From NCBI GenBank assembly GCA_964187785.1, contig OZ076413.1, forward strand, positions 47,060,001-47,120,000: 60,000 bases of DNA. Direction: 5' to 3'. How positions within the stretch are numbered: position 1 is the first letter of the stretch; each line of letters starts with the position of its first letter. The notes below the pieces were generated by a model. That model was not told the origin of the DNA. It saw only the letters and a program-made list of their open reading frames with translations, and searched no databases. Source of the DNA: Amphiscolops sp. MND2022 (lineage: Eukaryota). The position numbers were made by a program, and so were the translations under genes. Below are positions 51,020 to 60,000 of the stretch, one piece after another.

Positions 51020-51858
51020 TTGAAAGGTCGGAAAAACGAGAATGAGCAGAAAATTGAAGAAGTGCGTGAAAACATAGACGCCTTGGACCGGGCTTACAAG
51101 AAGATAGGCGGAGAAAATGGTACTAAAGAATCTCTCGTGCAGCAGCTGGAGATATTGGAGGCCAAAATAGGTGCTTGTGAGAAAGAAAAAATTGACATCA
51201 GATCAGGTGTGTGAAACTTCAATCTGGGGTTTTTCAGTTGCACGGCGAGAATGACACGAGTAAGAAACCAAATTGTTGAATACTGAATGATGCCGGTTTC
51301 TGGCTTAGCAACCTTTGCGTTGAACCTCGGATTTAGTGATTTGGTTTTGTTTCAGTAAGAATATTGTGAGCGTTTCATGACTTATGGCTAAATATGGGCT
51401 GTCTTTTTACAGGTAAACAGCAAATTTTGTCTGCTTTGGAGAAATCAAAGGTTGATCTGGCGATAGCACAAACAAATGTGTCATGTGTTAACAATTTGAT
51501 CCTTGATAAAAATCAACTGGGTCAATTGGAAGTTTCAATTGAAGAGGTAAAACGGGAAATCCACGAAGCCGAGGCTGAAATCACAAGCATCTCTCTTCAA
51601 TTATGCAAACTGAAGGAATTGAAACGCGACTTGATCAAAAGGGTAGATAAAACTAGTTTCCGTGAACACCAAGCTAAGTCGGAAGCCCAAGACGATTGCG
51701 AAGAAGTGGTGAAAGGTCGAGCGGAAGTGCTGATGGTTGTAGACAAGTACAAAACATTTGAAGAGGAGTTCACGAGTATTTGCAATGAGTTTGAGACACA
51801 TTTAGAACTATGCAACTTTGTTTCAGGCCTTGTTCAGAATACCCTGTCCCAAGACTGA
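51020..51858 (+). CDS. Last two exons (51020-51206, 51413-51858) of a coiled-coil protein gene
   Basis: gtttcag and ttttacag acceptors, tcag|gtgtgt donor, phase-compatible join IDIRS-G-KQQIL; E/K/L heptad-rich translation. Confidence 0.7.
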
Positions 51859-52346
51859 AAATTCATGTCAGTGAACAAATTTTTAACTTGATGTTGATTG
51901 TGTTTGATACGTTTGTCTGAATGTGATTTTTTTAAGATTTTCAGCGTTAGCCTATTTTTCTAAACAATTTTTTGTATTTGAACGTCTTTTCTTTTACTAA
52001 TTCAAACTAAAATGATAAAACTTGCTGGGTTATGTCAAAAATTGTTGGTTCATGTCGTTTTTAGATTTTTTTGTTCTGAATTTTTTTGAGTGTTCCAGCA
52101 ATTGAGAGGATTACTCAACTTGAGCATGAAATTACCAAAGATTTTTGAAGCATAGTTCAAGTCTGAATAATTACTTTCAGCCCATATTTCCATGCATGAA
52201 AAGAAAATTAGGAACTCAGCCGCGGTTTTTCCAAATTTTTCCAAGTTCCACTTTCATACCCAAATTACAGAAGTTGTTTCACAGAATTCAATTTCCGATA
52301 AAATTAGTTCGTAGCGTAAAACTTTGTATTTTGACCTTTTTATACA

Positions 52347-52625
52347 CTTTTTAGGAGTCGGAAAAAATTTTCGACTACTTATGCAATCGTGCTGTTTTTT
52401 TTCTCCCGACCTTTTCATGAAAATTGCAAATTTCTCAAAAACTGTCCATACGATTTTCACGAAATTTTGCACAGTCATTCTACACCCAAAGGGGCCCCTG
52501 CGTGTGCAAAGGCATCAAAATCGTATGGCTTGGATGTGAGAAACATAGCCAAAATTAGCCCAAAAATGGCCAAAAACAGCCATTTTTCGACTTTTTTCAA
52601 TTTTCTCAAAAACTGTCCATACTGT
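52347..52625 (+). mobile_element. Helentron/DINE-like family A, 3'-truncated copy
   Basis: Matches the first ~280 bp of 48425-49126. Confidence 0.85.
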
Positions 52626-52917
52626 CCATCCAAAATATTGTTTTGAACCGGGAATCGTCGCTAAATTGGAAATTCGCATTTATACTTATTCAAATTCTCT
52701 CAACAAATCTTTGGACTACTTTCAGCATATTCGATTTTTGAGCCCGTTGAACAATTTTTTGTCAAGGAAAGACATTGAACTGGTTCAAAACTAGCAAAAT
52801 TTCATCTAGAGTCTAATTCAACAAGCTTCCAGTGGAATCACGACTTGATTGCGTGTGCTCAATCAGTTTACAAAGGTTTCAGAGAAAGGTTTTCAGTTAC
52901 TGTTTCATTTTTCAGTC

Positions 52918-55900
52918 ATGGATGAGTTGGATGAGTTGATTTCAATGATAAACGATGACGTTTCTAAATCATCCCAGTCGCCAATTGTTGACGAAAAAAG
53001 CACTGTTTCTCCAGATGCATCGCCAGGAGGTATCTTGTCACAAATTCTGGACAACAAAAACTTGACTGCTGAAACTAAGCTGGGATATATAATGGATGAG
53101 TTACAGAACAGTGATTTCGGCAGTAGTGAAAAAGACATTAATTTAGCCTTGCAACGTAAAGGTTGGAGCAGTCTGAAAGTCGATGATATCGAAGGGGAGT
53201 GTAAAAAGATTGCACGAACTATGAAGGAAATGGATGATGAGTGGTTCAAGTGCTCTCTATGTGAACAGACTTACCCAGCTGATAAGTATCATTGTACGTC
53301 TTGCGGAGAGGAATTCATAAACTTGTTGGATCTGCAAGTTCATGTATCTCACTTCCACGTATCCATCGGTGATAACGACGAGCAGGTTTGCAGCTCATGT
53401 GGTAAGACCTTTGGTACAAGTAAAAAATCTCTTCAAAAACATATGCATGAAGAGCATATTTGCCGAGAAGGACATGTCGAATGCCCAGTTGGGTGCAAAG
53501 TTTTGATACCAGCTCAAGGCGAGAAATCCGCTGAAGTGTCTCGGCATATATCTAACATGCACGTGTGTGATTTCTGTGGCGAGAAGACTTTGTTTTTGGA
53601 TCGTCATTATGTAGGTTTTCATGGAATACGTGATGAAAAAGAACCCAAACACCATTTTTCTAACTCAAGTCGTACTAACACTCCATTATGGAAAAGTGAC
53701 GGTGGTTCGACGAAGAAGCGAAGACGTTCACGGTCGATGGAAAGGCGAAACTCGCCTGAAACTACACAGAAAAGTGAAAAGAATGAACGCGTGGTTTGTG
53801 AATTTTGTAATTTGTCAACGCCACTCAAGGGCTTTTCTTGCCCAATATGTCCACAAAGCTTTGATTATTATGCTGACTCTCTTCTGCATTTGGCCTCTAA
53901 TCATAACTACAAAATAGACTTCGAGATTGAGTGTGAATTTTGTAGGAAACACTTTTTCTTAGGAGAGCTGAAAGCTCACGTTGAACGACAGCATTTTTGC
54001 CCCAGTTCGCATCTCCGATGTCCGAGAGATTGCTTGGCTCTATTCGCTGATGAGACAGAAGTGATGGATCATATTCAATTGATGCATAAAGTTCAAGTTA
54101 AACACGATACACCAGTCGATCTAATGGCACCGGAAGTTCCCGTCGGGAAATCGGGAATTCTTGAAACGCCTTCATACCCTCGTATGAGTACCGCTACTGG
54201 GAATATTGATGGATTTAATCCACCGAATCTGAATGTGGCTGAGAATTTTCATAACTTCCATGGTCCCAGTATGGGCAATCAAAAAGGTCCACCTGTTGAA
54301 ATAAGCTCAAGTCACATTCCGCCCGAATTGAGATTCAATTATTCAGAACCAGATCCGGGATTTCAATCCGGTTTGAATATGAACTATCCTGATTCACACG
54401 GAAGATCTGGATCCGAATTGAATGCAAATTATCCTGATTCACGTATGAGATATCAACCGATGTTACATTCAATCCCTAGTCAAAGGGGTTTTCCACCCGA
54501 ATCACAGTACGATCAATCTCATGACAGGATGTTCCCGGAAGTGGACTCAGATCAATATAATAGCGGTGCTGCTCCAATATCAAATTTGAATAGAAGGATG
54601 CCTCATGAAATAATGGTCAACCGATCTCATGGAAGAATTCCTACCCAAATGAGTTCGGGTTCAACATACGGACATCTACCCCAAGAAGGTTATTTGCCTC
54701 AATCTTTTGAAAATCCTCACCCCGAAATGAACATCGGTCGACCCTTTCTTAGACCCATCGAACCCGAATCTAATTGGGGCGTATATTCTAAACCACCTGT
54801 TCCGCGTATTCAGAAAACACGGAATATGAACGCCTTCGAAAACAACAGCAATAGTATTGAAGACAGTGTGAAATCTAGTTTCATCGCTTTCAAACAATGG
54901 GAGGAATGGATTGATAGTAACGGTCCTGTTAGTCTAGGACTTCCGGGCTATATAGTTCATTTGGCACCAATGCAAAGAATTACTGACCCTACTCCAGCGA
55001 GACTCTATTTGGGGCAACCTAATTTGAAATGCCCAGATTGCAAATTTAAATACCCAAAGAAACTAATGGAATGCAATCTTTGTAACTCGCATTTCTGCAC
55101 ACGAGGAAGTTTTCATTTCCATAAGGAGACTGTACACGGCATTTTTGAGAGAAGCATGATTTGCGGTTGCTGCGAGATGTCATTCTCATCTGTTAACTCC
55201 ATGATGTCTCACGAACTGCTGAATGCATGTAGAGTGCACTTTGAATGCCCATTCAATTGCAGTGTCTTGACGAATAGTAAAGAAGCCATGAATGATCACA
55301 TTTTGACTGCTCATGGCGCAGCATGTGCTCTTAGGAGCTCAAAAATGTTAGCTTTTGAAATGTCAAATTATCTTACGCGATTGGGCAACTCTGGATTCTC
55401 TTGCTCTGAATGCGGACTCGATTGCTTCCCTGCAGACCGCTGGACTAAATGCAACTTTTGTCTGAAAAGTAAAACTCATACAAAGCATATATATGTGAAT
55501 GGAATCGAGTATTTGAGCCATATGGTAAAAAGACATAACTTGAAATTGCCTATGACTCTTTGCTGTAGCTCTTGTTCTCTTAGTTGCCCGACTATGGATA
55601 ACTTCCAGAGGCATCAAATTCAGCACCATGGATTCTGTGTGTTTCATCAGCCTTGCCCATTTAGACCATGTCGTGCTATATTTCCTGCTGAGAGCCAAGC
55701 CTTCAAAAAACACATGGACGTTTGTGAGTTCCGCAAAAGTGCTTCCATTCCACATAATAGAGGGAAGCAAAGCTTAGAATCTTCTGAACTTTTGCCACGA
55801 CATAGAGAGGCGTCTGATTATCTTGAAAACTACAGTGAAAGTACTAAATATCCTAATGCCAAGTTTCGTTGTTTGCCAAATGCAGGTAGTATCGAAGATG

Positions 55901-57162
55901 CTGTTCACATGTTTCGGAACGAGACCTTCGTTGTGGAAACAGCAAACCCTCCTATTAGAGATGCTAGAGCTTTACTCTCTTCGCGAAATCATCCGCCTTC
56001 TCGGAACTTCGGTAGTGAGGATCGATCTAACACCATCAAATCTCTGATGGATATTGACTTTCAGGGTCGTTTTAAAGATGGAACAATGCAAGCTCCAAGA
56101 AAAGCTCAATTCAAGCGGGCAGTCAACGAAGAAACAAAATGCAGAAATTGTTGTTTCCGGTATCGTCCAGAGAAGCTCACCCGTGAATTTCGTTGTGGTG
56201 ACTGTGACGTTCATTTCCATAGAATATACGATCTTCACTTTCATAAGGAGTTGGTGCATCAGCAAGAAATTGAGGACAACAGTAGTTTCTTCTGTGATCT
56301 TTGTGGAAACACGAGCATGGAATTCACCCTTGATAGTTTAATGAACCATCGAGTCACTAAACATAAACTATGTCAGCTGCATATGGTTTGTCCCAACCAA
56401 GGTTGTGAGACATTATGGGGCGACATTGATTCGATGAAAGCACATAGTGAGAAGTACTGTCCAAAGTCTGCAAAAGGTCAAGGTCCTTCATTTGAAAACT
56501 CGGCGAACGTTTCTGCCAATGACAAAAGCCTGATATCTTCTGAGTTTGACCCGGAAACTCTTCCATTGGAAGAGGAAATTCAAGACGTTATACCAGAGCA
56601 TACTCCAGATCTCTGTCCTGAAGAGAAGAGTGAAGAAACTTCTGCCACAGACGTTGATCGTGCCAACCCAAAAAGTCACACTGGTCAAGTTTTACCATTT
56701 ATTTTAAGTCAGAATCACTTCATAATGCACAAACTCGACCAAAAGTTCATGGGCTGCGACGATTGTGGTAAGTTACAACCTAGTTCTACCTCAAAATTTT
56801 ATGAGTGCAAGTTATGCCCTTCCAAACAAAGGTCTGAAAAGCAGTTCATCGTTCATCTAGAATCTGTCATGCATTTGATAGAAGAGCACGGGTTTCTCAT
56901 TACTCATGCGACAAAGTCTTGCACTAACAAAGCCTGCGCTGATAGTGAAGGTAAAATAGCTACCTTTTCAAAAATCGAAGAATATTACAAACATTGCATC
57001 GAGAGACATCAGGTATGCCCGAGACATTATCTCTGTCCCAGGCGATGTATGACAATTTTCAACGATTCAAAAATGCTTGATTTACACTTAACAAAGTGTC
57101 GATACTCTTTTAGTCCCAAGAAGGTTGTCAAACAAAAGCGTGTGTCTTCAGAAGTCTTCTGA
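52918..57162 (+). CDS. Intact single-exon multi-C2H2 zinc-finger protein (~1414 aa)
   Basis: 4.2-kb uninterrupted ORF; ATG follows ttttcag acceptor; many CxxC...HxxxxH fingers; NLS-like KKRRRSRS; central Pro/Ser/Asn-rich linker. Confidence 0.92.
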   Translation: MDELDELISMINDDVSKSSQSPIVDEKSTVSPDASPGGILSQILDNKNLTAETKLGYIMDELQNSDFGSSEKDINLALQRKGWSSLKVDDIEGECKKIARTMKEMDDEWFKCSLCEQTYPADKYHCTSCGEEFINLLDLQVHVSHFHVSIGDNDEQVCSSCGKTFGTSKKSLQKHMHEEHICREGHVECPVGCKVLIPAQGEKSAEVSRHISNMHVCDFCGEKTLFLDRHYVGFHGIRDEKEPKHHFSNSSRTNTPLWKSDGGSTKKRRRSRSMERRNSPETTQKSEKNERVVCEFCNLSTPLKGFSCPICPQSFDYYADSLLHLASNHNYKIDFEIECEFCRKHFFLGELKAHVERQHFCPSSHLRCPRDCLALFADETEVMDHIQLMHKVQVKHDTPVDLMAPEVPVGKSGILETPSYPRMSTATGNIDGFNPPNLNVAENFHNFHGPSMGNQKGPPVEISSSHIPPELRFNYSEPDPGFQSGLNMNYPDSHGRSGSELNANYPDSRMRYQPMLHSIPSQRGFPPESQYDQSHDRMFPEVDSDQYNSGAAPISNLNRRMPHEIMVNRSHGRIPTQMSSGSTYGHLPQEGYLPQSFENPHPEMNIGRPFLRPIEPESNWGVYSKPPVPRIQKTRNMNAFENNSNSIEDSVKSSFIAFKQWEEWIDSNGPVSLGLPGYIVHLAPMQRITDPTPARLYLGQPNLKCPDCKFKYPKKLMECNLCNSHFCTRGSFHFHKETVHGIFERSMICGCCEMSFSSVNSMMSHELLNACRVHFECPFNCSVLTNSKEAMNDHILTAHGAACALRSSKMLAFEMSNYLTRLGNSGFSCSECGLDCFPADRWTKCNFCLKSKTHTKHIYVNGIEYLSHMVKRHNLKLPMTLCCSSCSLSCPTMDNFQRHQIQHHGFCVFHQPCPFRPCRAIFPAESQAFKKHMDVCEFRKSASIPHNRGKQSLESSELLPRHREASDYLENYSESTKYPNAKFRCLPNAGSIEDAVHMFRNETFVVETANPPIRDARALLSSRNHPPSRNFGSEDRSNTIKSLMDIDFQGRFKDGTMQAPRKAQFKRAVNEETKCRNCCFRYRPEKLTREFRCGDCDVHFHRIYDLHFHKELVHQQEIEDNSSFFCDLCGNTSMEFTLDSLMNHRVTKHKLCQLHMVCPNQGCETLWGDIDSMKAHSEKYCPKSAKGQGPSFENSANVSANDKSLISSEFDPETLPLEEEIQDVIPEHTPDLCPEEKSEETSATDVDRANPKSHTGQVLPFILSQNHFIMHKLDQKFMGCDDCGKLQPSSTSKFYECKLCPSKQRSEKQFIVHLESVMHLIEEHGFLITHATKSCTNKACADSEGKIATFSKIEEYYKHCIERHQVCPRHYLCPRRCMTIFNDSKMLDLHLTKCRYSFSPKKVVKQKRVSSEVF

Positions 57163-57685
57163 AACATAGTCCATCGTTTGATGGTTGGAAAGTATTCATA
57201 TGCGCCTATTGGGCTCCCTCATCAGTAAACTTTTCCAAACTTTATTGGGAAAGGATTCAAAGGCCAGAACCAAACTCTTTGATATCATATTTCCCATAAT
57301 CCTCAATGTCAGTTCTCCTGTATCTTCTTTATTAATAGTCGCGGCATCTGCGCTTAAACCCCTAATCATTAACTCTTTACTTTCAAGAAATCTTAGACAT
57401 GAAATGAAGACAGAGTTAATGCTTTTTATATGCCAAATGAAAAACGTTTCATGTTGTTACAAAAGGGTGCCGTATTTGTTATACAACCCCTGCATAGAGC
57501 ATGGACCCGTTGAAATGTTAGCTTAATCATTCAAAATTACCGGTTAATTGATTGACCGGCGTCACATTTGTTTACCGAAGAAAACTGATTTGGAATAATA
57601 AAAAGTTGTTATGAATAGTTAAACTGCAATTCAATCGAATTTTCATAGTGTTTAGCGTTCTTTCTGAATCAGAAATGGCGGCCTT

Positions 57686-58642
57686 TATTATTTTCCGCCC
57701 ATATTTCATATGGGAAAGGAAAATATTTAAATCAAACGGGTTTTTTTTTTTTACAAAATTTGCCAAGAAATATTGTTTACGTAATATGAAGAAGTACATT
57801 CACAGAATTCAACTGACATCAATTTAGTTCCATGCGATATGTATTTGTAAAGATTTTTGGACTTTTTTGGGAATGACGGAAATGACCCCATAATGACCCA
57901 AAAATGACCCCGAAAATGACAAAAATTCAAAACTTTCCCAATTTTCACCGTTTTCGTGCATTTTTTGCCATGTTTTCAATAAACATCGTCGATTAGAATG
58001 TTGAAAACGTTCAACAAGGCACGAATTCGTTGTCCAATAGTATTCTGAAGGGATACATGCGGTTTTTTAAAAGAAAAATTACCAAAAAAATGACAAAAAT
58101 TCCAAATTTTTTTGACTTTTAACGTTTTAATGCAATTTTTGTCATTTTTTCGATAAACATCGTGGATTAGAATGTTGAAAACGTTCAACAAGGCACGAAT
58201 TCGTTGTCCAATAGTATTCTTTAAGGAGATAAATGCGTTTTTTCAAAAAAAATTACCCCAAAAATGATAAAAAAATTCCAAAATTTTTCGATTTTTACCG
58301 TTTTTATGCAATTTTTGTCAAATTTTCGATAGACTTTGTGGATTAGAATGTTGAAAACGCTCAACGTGACAGGAATGGCAGGAATTCGTTGTCCAGTATG
58401 CTTTTCCGAAGAGATAATGGCTGTTTTCTAAATGAAAAATATATCAAATTCAAACCGAAAATGACAAAAAACTCAAAATTTTCCAAATTTCAAAGTTTTT
58501 ATGCAATTTTTGTCAAATTTTCGACAGACTTCGTAGATTGGAATGTTGGAAAGAGTCAACAAGGAACAAATTTGTTGTCCAGTAGTCTTTTTCGAAGAGA
58601 TTTGGGGCGGAAAATATCCCGCCAGTCCGCGGGCGTCTTGTT
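57686..58642 (+). mobile_element. Helentron/DINE-like element (family B) with ~176-bp internal tandem repeats
   Basis: Subterminal inverted repeat tattttccgccc (57689) / gggcggaaaata (58605), 3' hairpin cccgc...gcggg, T-rich ends; gattagaatgttgaaaacg at ~57991, 58166, 58342, 58537. Confidence 0.75.
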
Positions 58643-60000
58643 TCTACTCAGTTTGGTTTTATGCCATTTAAAGAGCATTCATTTCATCAGTTGGGCTCGA
58701 ATCTAACTGTCAGCTTCTTTTCGCTTTAACCGGTTAAAACTTCGCAATCGATTACGAATTAAATAACCGACTAACTGGTCCAGGCTCTACCCCTGAATGA
58801 CATGGCTTCTGGTCGAAGTCACATTTAAAGCCATTTCGACATGATTGATCTTATAGTATAATTCTCGGAATAGTTTTACGTGGTGCTATCAGTTTTAAGG
58901 ATCTTTTATCAAGATCTTAGCTGTCTTTTCGTATCAAAGATCTCGCTACTTCATGTAGACTTTTAAACTAGAAACTAGTTTTCTGTTTAAAATGTAAATA
59001 CAATTCCTTTTCCCGATGTTTCATCTTTATACCTGACCATAAATATAATATAAATCTTGAAACCTATTCAATATTATGTTCAGTAAATATTTTAATGATT
59101 TGGTCCAATCCTAATTTGTTGATTCTGAAACAGATCCTGCTTTGTTGAATTTAATAGCTGGTGTTCTTAATCGGATGAAATTCCGTACAGAGAATTCCGC
59201 TTGGGTTAATCTTGGGTTTTACTCCAACTCCAATAATCCAAACAGTGACGCCTCGTTTCCGCACTAGTTCTCTCAATATAATGAAATGATGTTCGTTTTC
59301 TGTTTCTTTTCCCGTTGTTACCTCTGAATTTGTGCTCACTCCCTTCTGAATGAATCATTTCATGGTGAGTGAATTTGGTGCTTATAATATTGTATCTAAT
59401 ATAAATAGGGCTGTTCCAAATGTGATACTTTGATTTGTAGCCATTGAGTGATTGAATGCAATGTCATCAAAACGTTATTTACGTCTAAAAAGGACTCTAA
59501 CATTTACTTCAATCTAAATCTTTCACAGACTTGAATATGAACAAAAAAACTGATTAAGTTGAAAAAAACTGAAAAATATCAGAATGCTTGTAACCACATA
59601 ATTCATCGCCGAATATTGGTGAGGAAGTCCATTTTTTCTATACAGGAGAAGATGACATTGACCGAAGTCCACAAATTCTGAAATATGTATTGGCACCGTT
59701 GGACTAAGACTAGAAAATAAATGCTCATTAAATGAAGCATGTATTCAAAATTTTTCCAAACAAGTTCAAATGAAATCGTGGTCGGCTCTAATGTGACCAT
59801 ACAGTTCTAGTTATTCAAGGCCAATTGTAGATGTAAACAGATTTTGATCAGCCATTTTAGTGTTGTAAATCATAATGTATTGCGATTGTCGTGTTAATCA
59901 ATATCACGTTTTGTTTCATCTCCAGTTAATTCAATTATTACAACTTTACCGTCACTACTTGCAAGATCTGGTTCAAATCGTGTTCTTGCCAGAAGGTAGG

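Noticed and set aside
52849..52917. N-terminal extension of the zinc-finger ORF from a TTG start
   Set aside because: Eukaryotic gene; a splice acceptor and ATG at 52918 are the more plausible start
59151..60000. Minus-strand gene at window end
   Set aside because: Short ORFs with stops and no recognisable motif; insufficient evidence

Overview
AT-rich eukaryotic (invertebrate animal-like) genomic DNA dominated by transposable elements and repeats; no prokaryotic features. In order: MITEs and a 95-bp palindrome (1-2 kb); a 2.8-kb tandem duplication carrying a decayed BEL/Pao gag (4.5-10.2 kb); Helentron/DINE-like elements and MITEs; a decayed BEL/Pao gag-pol (15-19 kb); an ~8.3-kb hierarchical satellite (38-bp monomer, ~687-bp unit, 1373-bp dimer). 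Next is a large, 5'-truncated Ty3/Gypsy element on the minus strand (~29.9-39.9 kb). Its pol (RT-RNaseH-integrase) ends in a TARG1/OARD1-type macrodomain and is followed by a ~180-bp-period motif array, an antisense JmjC oxygenase gene, an antisense small membrane ORF, extra sense ORFs and an env-like ORF. After that come a tandem LTR-env-LTR-env-LTR non-autonomous retroelement inserted in a ~102-bp satellite (43.3-47.3 kb), exons of a coiled-coil host gene, and an intact 1414-aa multi-zinc-finger gene built from six composite modules. The most notable item is the retrovirus-like Gypsy element apparently carrying its own modification-erasing enzymes (macrodomain plus JmjC). All homology calls come from motif recognition by eye, not from database searches.
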